From positions 180,001 to 212,000 of the forward strand of contig NZ_LWLG01000002.1 of NCBI RefSeq assembly GCF_001652585.1: a DNA stretch of 32,000 nt, given 5' to 3'. This stretch comes from Thermosulfurimonas dismutans. GTDB lineage: Bacteria > Desulfobacterota > Thermodesulfobacteria > Thermodesulfobacteriales > Thermodesulfobacteriaceae. How positions within the stretch are numbered: the stretch's first letter is position 1; each line of letters begins with the position of its first letter. The notes under the pieces were generated by a model that was not told where the DNA came from, did no database searches, and saw only the letters and a list, made by a program, of their open reading frames with translations. Of this stretch, positions 1-7,272 are shown in pieces. The position numbers and the translations under genes were made by a program.

Positions 1-1451
1 AAGTGATTGGCAACTTCATAGAGCCCATGCCAGTGGGTGTAGTCCGGACCGAGCATAGCGGCTCCGTGACGGGCACGACGACCTTCATGATGCCAGATCT
101 CAAACCAGATCCAACCCACCTTGGACATGAAGGGGGACTTGGGCACCAGACCGTCCTTGACCAGCTCGGAGAAGATGCGCTTGGCGGGCTTAGCAAACTT
201 CTCGTTATAAGTGACCACCAGGGCATCAAACTGCTCATAGAAGTTATCCACTTGCTGCATGCTGTGACAGCTCTTACAGACCTCTTTCATCTCGGCCCGG
301 CGCTCCTTCCAGCTGATCACCTCCTTCACCTGTTTCTTAGTCTTCACCTTCACTAGCTTGTCACCCTTGCGCACGTAGTCGTAGACCTGCACAAATTGCC
401 CGGGAAGAGGCGGAATGTCTCCGGGAATGTCGTAAACCTTGCCGTCCGTAGTGATCACCCGGTTCAGCTTCACCGAGATCGGCGGACGTAGATTCCAAGA
501 GATACGGTCTCCCACATTGTGGGTGTTTGGCGCGATAGAACCGTTGGATTTCACATAAGCCCCCATATGACAGGTAGAGCAGGTAGGAGCGAAGTGATAA
601 TCCTTACCCAAGACCCAGCTACCGGTCTTAAGGATGTTCATCCCCATAAGCCCCCGCTCTCTGACCGCAGAAAGATAAGCAATTCCGTGCTTGGATTCTT
701 CATAAACCTCCTTCTGGGGATGATCCGGACCCAGGTGACACTTACCACAAGCAAAGGGCTGACGAGCCACACTCGCCCGAAAAGCGTGCTTGGAGTGACA
801 GGCATTACATGAACCCTTAGTGCCGTCAGGATTGATCCGCCCCATACCACTGTTAGGCCAGGTGGAAGGATCAAACTGAGGCGCTCCAGTTTTATTGCGA
901 ATAATGTTTCCTTTCTCGTCTTTCAGAACCTTGACCACCGATCCGTGACACTGCCAGCAAGCATTCTGAGCATCAGCCTTGGCCGCGTAAGCCGGAAGTC
1001 CCCACTTCTTCACCGACTCCGCCGGAGCACTACAGATCACCTCTCCAAGGATATTATCCAAGGATGCCATGATCTGTCCGGCCGTAGCATGATGGGAATT
1101 CTCAAACTCTTTAAATTCTCGGGAATGACAATAAGAGCAATCCTTGGGACTAATTAGGGTCTTAATAAAGGCCCCTTCGTGGTTATAACCCAAGGGATCC
1201 CCGGCATCAGCCGCGTGACAGGTGTAACAACCCACCGGGCCTTCTTTGGCTGCCGCATGGGGAGATTCCTGCCACTGAAACACCAAAGACTTGTTCTCCT
1301 TAAGGTGACACATCATACACTTCTTGTTCAATTCTTTAACTTTAGGATTAGTGACATCCTTAGAAAACTCCGTAGTAGCCCAACCAACTCCTCCCAACCA
1401 AAAAACACTTGCTACCATTACACCTAACAATCTCAAAAACCTCCATCTCAT
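1..1451 (-). CDS. HAO-family (hydroxylamine-oxidoreductase-like) octahaem cytochrome c; C-terminus lies outside the window
   Basis: Absent from the ORF track because it runs off the left edge. My own minus-strand translation from ATG 1451 (GAGGAGG SD just upstream) is open through all 483 visible codons. It has a signal peptide (MRWRFLRLLGVMVASVFWLGGVGWA) and eight CxxCH motifs: CMMCH, CYTCH, CSYCH, CWQCH, CNACH, CGKCH, CSTCH, CKSCH. The blocks CGKCHLGPDHPQKEVYEESKHG and WHHEGRRARHGAAMLGPDYTHWHG resemble HAO-type octahaem proteins. Confidence 0.85.
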   Translation of the reverse strand, partial: MRWRFLRLLGVMVASVFWLGGVGWATTEFSKDVTNPKVKELNKKCMMCHLKENKSLVFQWQESPHAAAKEGPVGCYTCHAADAGDPLGYNHEGAFIKTLISPKDCSYCHSREFKEFENSHHATAGQIMASLDNILGEVICSAPAESVKKWGLPAYAAKADAQNACWQCHGSVVKVLKDEKGNIIRNKTGAPQFDPSTWPNSGMGRINPDGTKGSCNACHSKHAFRASVARQPFACGKCHLGPDHPQKEVYEESKHGIAYLSAVRERGLMGMNILKTGSWVLGKDYHFAPTCSTCHMGAYVKSNGSIAPNTHNVGDRISWNLRPPISVKLNRVITTDGKVYDIPGDIPPLPGQFVQVYDYVRKGDKLVKVKTKKQVKEVISWKERRAEMKEVCKSCHSMQQVDNFYEQFDALVVTYNEKFAKPAKRIFSELVKDGLVPKSPFMSKVGWIWFEIWHHEGRRARHGAAMLGPDYTHWHGLYEVANH

Positions 1452-1466
1452 ACAGCACCTCCTCAA

Positions 1467-2642
1467 CTATTTTTTATAGGTTTTAACCTCTTCCGTTCCA
1501 AGCCATAATGGAAAAATTTTGGAAAGAACAAACAATATAATTATAGGGGCAATAAGAATAATAATGGTAGGCAAAATACCTTCTTTCTCGAAGAACTCGG
1601 GATGATAAAACACAAAGCCTCTACCACTCTTAGACATCATTTGACCACCCACTACCACATTCCAACGCATGCAGTAAACCTGAATAAGGAGCATAATTGA
1701 AGAAATCGCAGACAGATATTGCAAGGCCTTACCTCTCACATTTGCTAAAGATAATACTCCAAGAACTACCAGAGGAATGAACGAGAAAATAAAAACTTGC
1801 ATTACCCAAAAACTAACATAAAGAGGACCAAATAGCAGTTCATGCAAATGATGCCAACTTTCTTTCCTTAAATAGGCATGAACTCCGACTTCAAGAAGCT
1901 CAAAAACTACGTCGATAATAAGAAATCCCCACAAGTATTTTACCAAAGAAGAAAGACACTCTTCGTCTACAGCGCGACCTTTAACCCAGTGAACAAACAA
2001 GTATCCCAAAATGATACCCGAAATACCCGAGACACAAGCAGAAAGAAGGAAAATAATTGGCATCAGAGGCGTTGACCACCATTCTACAGCTTTAACACTC
2101 CCAAAAATAAAACCTACATAACCATGAAGAATACAGGCCATAGGAATACCAATAAGAGCCAACCAACTAGTTACTTTATGATCAAACTGTAAAGTAGCTG
2201 GAGATAGGTCTTGATTACCAAAAGTAAGCAATCGATAAAGCGTGGCTTTAAAACCCGTAGTTTGAGGCAATAACTTGGCAAAAACGCCACGATAGAGGAA
2301 CAAAATCTCCAACAACAGAACCACCATATAAGCACTATAAATAAAACCAAATCCCGCCATAGCCGAGGTAGGGTGAGGAGTCAACATAATATTAAAACAG
2401 CGCTCGGGACGCCCAAGATGATTTAAAAGTGGCCAAGTACAACAAAAACCAAAAGCCAAAGCAAAGACGAGAGCAAACCGCGAAACCGGCTTCAAGGCCT
2501 TCACATGAAAGACATGATAAAGAGAGGAAACAATAAAAGCACCGGCAATAATCCCGGTAATATAGGGATAAGTAACGATCATCAAAGACCAATGAATATG
2601 ATGCTCATTAGGAAAAACAAAACCTTCAACCAATCCACTCAT
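1467..2642 (-). CDS. NrfD/PsrC-type polytopic membrane subunit (putative quinone-interacting)
   Basis: The track ORF starts at TTG 2645. An ATG at 2642 shares one base with the TGA of the upstream Fe-S gene (TGATG). The protein is almost entirely hydrophobic helices. Its size (about 390 aa) and its position directly after an NrfC-type Fe-S protein fit the NrfD/PsrC family. The call rests on topology and context, not on a diagnostic motif. Confidence 0.7.
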   Translation of the reverse strand: MSGLVEGFVFPNEHHIHWSLMIVTYPYITGIIAGAFIVSSLYHVFHVKALKPVSRFALVFALAFGFCCTWPLLNHLGRPERCFNIMLTPHPTSAMAGFGFIYSAYMVVLLLEILFLYRGVFAKLLPQTTGFKATLYRLLTFGNQDLSPATLQFDHKVTSWLALIGIPMACILHGYVGFIFGSVKAVEWWSTPLMPIIFLLSACVSGISGIILGYLFVHWVKGRAVDEECLSSLVKYLWGFLIIDVVFELLEVGVHAYLRKESWHHLHELLFGPLYVSFWVMQVFIFSFIPLVVLGVLSLANVRGKALQYLSAISSIMLLIQVYCMRWNVVVGGQMMSKSGRGFVFYHPEFFEKEGILPTIIILIAPIIILFVLSKIFPLWLGTEEVKTYKK

Positions 2643-3409
2643 CAAATAACCTCCTGCCTCAAATGGAGATACTTAAGCCTTGGTTTAGTGCCCATATCGG
2701 GCTTAAGAACTCCTAAAGGCTCACTACTTTTCAATATTTGGGCCACCTCCGAATTTTCATCTCTAAGATCTCCAAACTTGCGAGCCCCTGTAGGACAAGC
2801 ATTCACACAAGCTGGTAGCAAACCTCGCCTCACGCGGTGATAACACCAAGTACACTTATCTGCCGTTCGCCTCTCCTTATGAATAAAGCGAACCCCGTAA
2901 GGACAAGCTTGAACACAGTAAGAACAGCCAATACATCGTTTATAATCAATCAATACAAAACCATCGTCAGTCTTAAAAGTAGCCCCCACCGGACAAACCT
3001 GAACGCAAGAAGGCTCTTCGCACATATTGCAGAGCTTAGGAACAAAAAAGGCATCTCGAATGGGCTTATCTATCTCCCGGGGCTCAGGATAACCTTTAAG
3101 AGCTCCCTTTGGAGAATCCACATAGACTTCCCCACCTTCCGCAATAAGGTATCGCTCCACCCAGGTACGGTATTGGCCGTCCGGAACTTGATATTCTCTC
3201 TTATCCGCCACACAACAGCTTCCACAGCCGATACAACGATTGATATCGACCAAAAAGACGTATTCATGGGCTTCGGGATCATACTTTTCATCTCTCAAAA
3301 TACCCGGAAGCTGAAGAGGTACCTTCACCGGCATAGGAAGGACCCAGTAAAGGGATCCCGCAGCACCCTTGAGAAGATATCCCAAAAACTTACGGCGCCC
3401 TTTATTCAC
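2642..3409 (-). CDS. Tat-exported 4x[4Fe-4S] ferredoxin-type subunit (NrfC/PsrB/DmsB family)
   Basis: GTG start at 3409 preceded by GGAGGGGG. Twin-arginine signal MNKGRRKFLGYLLKGAAG. Four Cys groups: CIGCGSCC, CNMCEEPSCVQVCP, CIGCSYCVQACP, CTWC...ACVNACP. It overlaps the upstream cytochrome gene by 8 nt. Confidence 0.85.
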   Translation of the reverse strand: MNKGRRKFLGYLLKGAAGSLYWVLPMPVKVPLQLPGILRDEKYDPEAHEYVFLVDINRCIGCGSCCVADKREYQVPDGQYRTWVERYLIAEGGEVYVDSPKGALKGYPEPREIDKPIRDAFFVPKLCNMCEEPSCVQVCPVGATFKTDDGFVLIDYKRCIGCSYCVQACPYGVRFIHKERRTADKCTWCYHRVRRGLLPACVNACPTGARKFGDLRDENSEVAQILKSSEPLGVLKPDMGTKPRLKYLHLRQEVI

Positions 3410-3983
3410 GAGCCCCCTCCTTCTCCTTCTCTAAGCCTGCAAAGAACTCATCGGCCTGCTTGATGTACTTAAGCGGTGCGTGCACAAGGTGACACTGATC
3501 ACAAGAATGCGTCTCCTTCACGTTCTGCTTTTTCAAATGATCCGGATAAAACACGGTCTTGATAACCTCGGGATTTTTAGGACGAGCATGAATAGCCCGA
3601 TTGTGACACCGCAAACACAAAGCCCGAATAGCTTCACCTCCCTTGGGATTCGGAAGATACCCAATCACTTTCCCCTCGCTATTTACATGATCAGCCCAAG
3701 GACCATGACAGAATTCGCAAGAAAGACTTCGATGTTTACTATTGACCTGGAGTTCATATTCCCAGGTATGACAACTCTCGCAGGAGGCATTCGTGAGATG
3801 ACGCGGCATTCGAGCCAACTCGTCGTCGATAGCCCCCTTCCGATAGAACTTATAGAAGAGGCTGCCATGATTCCCCAAATCTTTGGGAACCAGAAAAGTT
3901 CGTACCGTAGCCGCCAAAACCACCAAAACCACCAGCCCTACAACTATCCTTTTTGCATGGGTGCGATTCGGCTTCTCAGACAC
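3402..3983 (-). CDS. Membrane-anchored tetrahaem cytochrome c (NapC/NrfH-like topology)
   Basis: GTG start at 3983 with an AAGGGAG SD. One N-terminal TM helix (IVVGLVVLVVLAATV) followed by four CxxCH motifs (CESCH, CEFCH, CLRCH, CDQCH). First gene of the operon. Confidence 0.8.
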   Translation of the reverse strand: MSEKPNRTHAKRIVVGLVVLVVLAATVRTFLVPKDLGNHGSLFYKFYRKGAIDDELARMPRHLTNASCESCHTWEYELQVNSKHRSLSCEFCHGPWADHVNSEGKVIGYLPNPKGGEAIRALCLRCHNRAIHARPKNPEVIKTVFYPDHLKKQNVKETHSCDQCHLVHAPLKYIKQADEFFAGLEKEKEGARE

Positions 3984-4086
3984 CGTGCACTCCCTTCCCG
4001 CAAAATAGCTAAATCTCGTATAGCAGGCCTAAAATAGAGAAACAAGACAATAAAAATTTAAATTTGTTAAATTCATGTTAAAAAAA

Positions 4087-4782
4087 TTAACAGCGGATAA
4101 GAATTTCTGCGGAAAGGTGTTTTCTCAAGTAATCTGCCAGAGAAGAGACGATATCAGGAGGGAGGGAAGGACGGGGAAAGTCAGGGGCAAGGGTTTCGGC
4201 CTCGGGCACAAACTTTTGTAAAGCCACGCGCTTAACCTTTTTCAAATAGGGTAACATCTCCTCTAAATCCTGCTTAGCAACCAACCCAGGAGCTAGAGTA
4301 ATTCTTACTTCGGCACATCCATTGAGATCTCTGAGAAGTTCAAGAGTTTTCTCCACGGGATCAAAATCGGCCGAAAGTTCTGAATAACGGGAAGGGGCGG
4401 TCTTGAAATCCATAGCCAAATAATCGACAAGGCCTTCTGCCAGAAGAGAGGCCACCAACTCTGGGTTAGAACCATTAGTATCCAGTTTGACAGCCAGCTC
4501 GGTCTCATACTTGATTCTTTCCAAAAAGGCCTTAAGACGCCTTCCCCAGATAGTGGGTTCTCCTCCGGTAATGACTACCCCTTTAATGAACCCCTTGCGT
4601 CGCAAAAGATCAAAGAGAATTCCTTCTTCTGGAAGATCGGGAAGATTTTTTAATCTCTCCGGAAGAACCAGATCTACATTATAACAATAAGGACACCGCC
4701 AATTACAGCCCCCGAGGAAGACCACCGAGGCGATCTTCCCCGGGTAATCTACTACACTGGTTCCTCTAAACCCCTTGATCAT
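4087..4782 (-). CDS. nrdG: Anaerobic ribonucleoside-triphosphate reductase activating protein (radical SAM)
   Basis: N-terminus GTSVVDYPGKIASVVFLGGCNWRCPYCYN carries the CxxxCxxC radical-SAM motif typical of the roughly 230-aa NrdG type. Its ATG directly abuts the TAA of the glycyl-radical ORF. Confidence 0.85.
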   Translation of the reverse strand: MIKGFRGTSVVDYPGKIASVVFLGGCNWRCPYCYNVDLVLPERLKNLPDLPEEGILFDLLRRKGFIKGVVITGGEPTIWGRRLKAFLERIKYETELAVKLDTNGSNPELVASLLAEGLVDYLAMDFKTAPSRYSELSADFDPVEKTLELLRDLNGCAEVRITLAPGLVAKQDLEEMLPYLKKVKRVALQKFVPEAETLAPDFPRPSLPPDIVSSLADYLRKHLSAEILIRC

Positions 4783-4959
4783 TTAGCAACCACAAGTACG
4801 ACGAGCGAATTCCTTAAAGGAATCGATTCTCACGGTCTTCCTTTCGGAAAATTCCTGCTGTTTTCCGGAATTCCAGTTCTGAACCGGCCGGAAATAGCCC
4901 ACCACCCGGCTGTAGATCTCACAGGGTACTACTTTAACCTTTACTTTCTCTCTAATCAT
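4783..4959 (-). CDS. Stand-alone 58-aa glycyl-radical domain of class III RNR (NrdD C-terminal module encoded as its own ORF)
   Basis: Not in the track because it is under 60 aa. Hand translation gives MIREKVKVKVVPCEIYSRVVGYFRPVQNWNSGKQQEFSERKTVRIDSFKEFARRTCGC. SRVVGY...NWNSGKQQEF..R matches the NrdD glycyl-radical signature (RVxGY...NxGKxxE). AAGGAGGTGA lies 3 nt upstream of the ATG. An in-frame TGA sits two codons upstream. The ATG overlaps the nrdD stop (CATGATTAG). Confidence 0.7.
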   Translation of the reverse strand: MIREKVKVKVVPCEIYSRVVGYFRPVQNWNSGKQQEFSERKTVRIDSFKEFARRTCGC

Positions 4960-7087
4960 GGCTCACCTCCTTTCTCACGTTTTCTTGAAAGAGAGGACCT
5001 TCAGGCCCCTCTTGAGGTTCAACCATGCGATAGGCCTCCTCAGGGAGCACCTTCAAGGCCTCGATAAAAACCTCTACCTCTCGACCATAGCGAGCGAGAT
5101 CCTCCTCTGTGTGGGGATAAGGACAAAATTCGTGTTTCCCGGGAAGATAACCGTGGACCGGACAAACTGAAAAAGTGGGCGTAATAGAGAAGTACGGAAG
5201 CCGGAAATTGTTAACCACCGCCTTTACCAATTCCTTCACCATCCCGGTATCCGGAATTTCCTCGCCTACAAAAAGATGAACCACCGTGCCTCCGGTAAAG
5301 AGGGCCTGAAGGTCATCTTGGTGAACGAGGATCTCAAAGATATCGTCGGTGTAGCCCACTGGAAGATGTACGGAATTGGTATAATAAGGCACTTTTTCAG
5401 TGCCTGCGGTCTTTATGCGCGGGAACTTCTTTTTGTCCAAGCGGGCCAGCCGATAGCTAGCTCCCTCGGCTGGAGTGGCCTCGAGGTTGTAGAGATTGCC
5501 CGTCTCCTCCTGGAACTCGGAGAGTTTATCCCGCATAAACTTTAGCACTTTGATTACCCATTCCTTAGCCTCGGGATGGTAGATAGGAAGTCCCAAGAAG
5601 TTGAGACAGGCTTCATTCATACCGATCACACCAATCGTAGAAAAGTGATTCCCCCAGTAACGGCCACTACACTCTTTTACCGCCTGGAGATAGACTCGAG
5701 AGTAAGGGTAGAGCCCTCGTTCGGTAAAGTCCTCAATAACCTTGCGCTTGATCTCAAGAGAGGTCTTAGCGAGTTCCATGAGGTCCGAAAGGCGCTCAAA
5801 GAATTCCTCCTCGCAGGTCGAGAGATAGGCAATACGAGGCATATTGATGGTTACCACCCCAATGGAACCCGTAAGAGGCGAAGCTCCAAAAAGCCCACCT
5901 CCCCGTCTCTCAAGCTCACGGTTGTCGAGCCTCAGGCGACAACACATACTACGGGCATCCTCGGGACGCATATCAGAATTCACAAAGTTGGCGAAGTAAG
6001 GAATACCGTATTTGCGGGTCATCTCCCAAAGAGGTTCGATTTCGGGGTTATCGTAGTCAAAGTCAGGAGTGATATTGTAAGTAGGAATGGGAAAAGTAAA
6101 GATGCGACCCTTGGCATCGCCTTCAAGCATGAGCTCGCAGAAGGCCCGGTTGATCATGTTCATCTCTTCCTTGAACTCGGCGTAGGTCTCCGGTATATCC
6201 CGGCCGCCCACTACCGCCGGAATGTCCTTCAAAGTCTCGGGGCACTCAAGGTCAAAAGTCAAATTGGTAAAAGGCGTCTGGAACCCTACCCTCGTGGGCA
6301 CGTTGACGTTGAAGATAAATTCTTGGAGACACTGCTTAACCTCTTCGTAAGAGAGACCATCATAGCGGACAAAAGGGGCCAGCAGGGTGTCAAAATTAGA
6401 GAAAGCCTGAGCCCCTGCGGCTTCACCCTGTAGGGTATAGAAAAAATTAACCACCTGTCCCAAAGCACTCCGGAAGTGTTTGGGAGGTGCGGATTCAACC
6501 TTCCCTGGGACACCGCCGAATCCGCGTTTCAAAAGTTCGTAGAGATCCCAGCCCACACAGTACGGACCAAGAATCCCTAGGTCATGAACATGAAAGTCGC
6601 CCTCAAAATGGGCCTCGCCAACCCTGGTCGGATAGAGTTTGTTCAGCCAATACCGAGCTACCACCGAGGAGGAAATATGGAAGTTAAGCCCCTGGAGACT
6701 GTAATTCATGTTGGAATTTTCCTGAACCCGCCAGTCCTCCCGGGTAAGGTACTCCTCAATGAGGTTGACCCCGTCCACCAGAGCTTTACCCAGTTCCCGG
6801 GCCTGACGGCGTTTCTCACGATAGAGGATGTAGGCCTTGGCCACATCCGCAAAACCAAGCTCCATCAAAGTCTTTTCCACCAGATCCTGGATCTGCTCCA
6901 CATGCGGAACACCGCCATGCTTGAAAAACTGGCGATAGAGTTTTACGGCCACGGCATCCGCTACTTTTTCCGCTGAGCCCTTATCCCCCTGCCCCACGGC
7001 CCGCATGGCCTTAAGTACCGCCCGGATAATACGGCGCCGATTAAAAGGCTGAAACTTACCATCTCGCTTTCTAACCAAAGGCTCCAT
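4952..7087 (-). CDS. nrdD: Anaerobic ribonucleoside-triphosphate reductase (class III) large polypeptide, lacking the glycyl-radical C-terminus
   Basis: N-terminal ATP-cone (VRKRDGKFQPFNRRRIIRAV...ILYREKRR). NrdD-type core (SMCCRLRLD, GSIGVVTINMPRIAY, NLEATPAEG). Ends ...VRKEVSHD without an RVxGY motif. ATG 7087 with an AGAGGGGGA SD. Confidence 0.9.
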   Translation of the reverse strand: MEPLVRKRDGKFQPFNRRRIIRAVLKAMRAVGQGDKGSAEKVADAVAVKLYRQFFKHGGVPHVEQIQDLVEKTLMELGFADVAKAYILYREKRRQARELGKALVDGVNLIEEYLTREDWRVQENSNMNYSLQGLNFHISSSVVARYWLNKLYPTRVGEAHFEGDFHVHDLGILGPYCVGWDLYELLKRGFGGVPGKVESAPPKHFRSALGQVVNFFYTLQGEAAGAQAFSNFDTLLAPFVRYDGLSYEEVKQCLQEFIFNVNVPTRVGFQTPFTNLTFDLECPETLKDIPAVVGGRDIPETYAEFKEEMNMINRAFCELMLEGDAKGRIFTFPIPTYNITPDFDYDNPEIEPLWEMTRKYGIPYFANFVNSDMRPEDARSMCCRLRLDNRELERRGGGLFGASPLTGSIGVVTINMPRIAYLSTCEEEFFERLSDLMELAKTSLEIKRKVIEDFTERGLYPYSRVYLQAVKECSGRYWGNHFSTIGVIGMNEACLNFLGLPIYHPEAKEWVIKVLKFMRDKLSEFQEETGNLYNLEATPAEGASYRLARLDKKKFPRIKTAGTEKVPYYTNSVHLPVGYTDDIFEILVHQDDLQALFTGGTVVHLFVGEEIPDTGMVKELVKAVVNNFRLPYFSITPTFSVCPVHGYLPGKHEFCPYPHTEEDLARYGREVEVFIEALKVLPEEAYRMVEPQEGPEGPLFQENVRKEVSHD

Positions 7088-7130
7088 AAATCCCCCTCTT
7101 GTAATGATATTCTTGCGGATTGCTTAGATG

Positions 7131-7158
7131 ATTATACCTACACCATAAAGTGTGTCAA
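7131..7158 (-). promoter_or_regulatory. Consensus sigma70-type promoter for nrdD
   Basis: The minus strand reads TTGACA (7158-7153), a 16-nt spacer, then TATAAT (7136-7131). The -10 ends about 43 nt upstream of the nrdD ATG. Confidence 0.6.
7140..7155 (-). promoter_or_regulatory. NrdR-box-like operator 1 (in the promoter spacer, overlapping the -35)
   Basis: ACACCATAAAGTGTGT is an imperfect 16-bp palindrome. It resembles the published NrdR box consensus acaCwAtATaTwGtgt. Confidence 0.5.
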
Positions 7159-7169
7159 GCATAGACTAT

Positions 7170-7185
7170 ACACAATATATTGAGA
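7170..7185 (-). promoter_or_regulatory. NrdR-box-like operator 2 (upstream of the -35)
   Basis: ACACAATATATTGAGA matches the left two-thirds of the NrdR box consensus. It lies 30 bp centre-to-centre from box 1, about three helical turns, as is typical of tandem NrdR boxes. Confidence 0.45.
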
Positions 7186-7213
7186 TGTTAGGAAGAGACC
7201 TACATAAAGACCC

Positions 7214-7245
7214 AAAAATAAAAAAGGGGAGGCATCCGCCCCCCC
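7214..7245 (-). terminator. Rho-independent terminator after the molybdoenzyme operon
   Basis: The minus-strand RNA reads GGGGGGGC-GGAU-GCCUCCCC, an 8-bp stem including one G-U pair, followed by UUUUUUAUUUUU. It starts 28 nt downstream of the Fe-S subunit stop codon. The stem has an A-C mismatch on the plus strand, so the terminator is strand-specific. Confidence 0.75.
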
Positions 7246-7272
7246 TTCCTGAAATACAATAGTAATTGCGAA

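Noticed and set aside
3-1427. Plus-strand track ORFs 3-356, 519-812, 945-1157 and 1179-1427
   Set aside because: All lie antisense to a continuous 483-codon minus-strand reading frame with eight CxxCH motifs and a signal peptide. Their translations are low-complexity with no recognisable motifs. They are shadow ORFs.
2837-4037. Plus-strand ORFs 2837-3463 (208 aa) and 3480-4037 (185 aa)
   Set aside because: Antisense to the Fe-S and tetrahaem cytochrome genes, whose Cys and CxxCH motif spacing is unambiguous.
4066-4091. GTTAA direct repeats 11 bp apart (4066-4070, 4077-4081) plus an inverted TTAAC (4087-4091) upstream of the cytochrome operon
   Set aside because: Five-mers recurring in a short, extremely AT-rich spacer are expected by chance. 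I could not define a convincing promoter or known regulator consensus there.
5576-6433. 285-aa plus-strand ORF inside nrdD, and 6584-6976
   Set aside because: Antisense to nrdD, which has an ATP-cone and RNR core motifs. There is no independent coding evidence.
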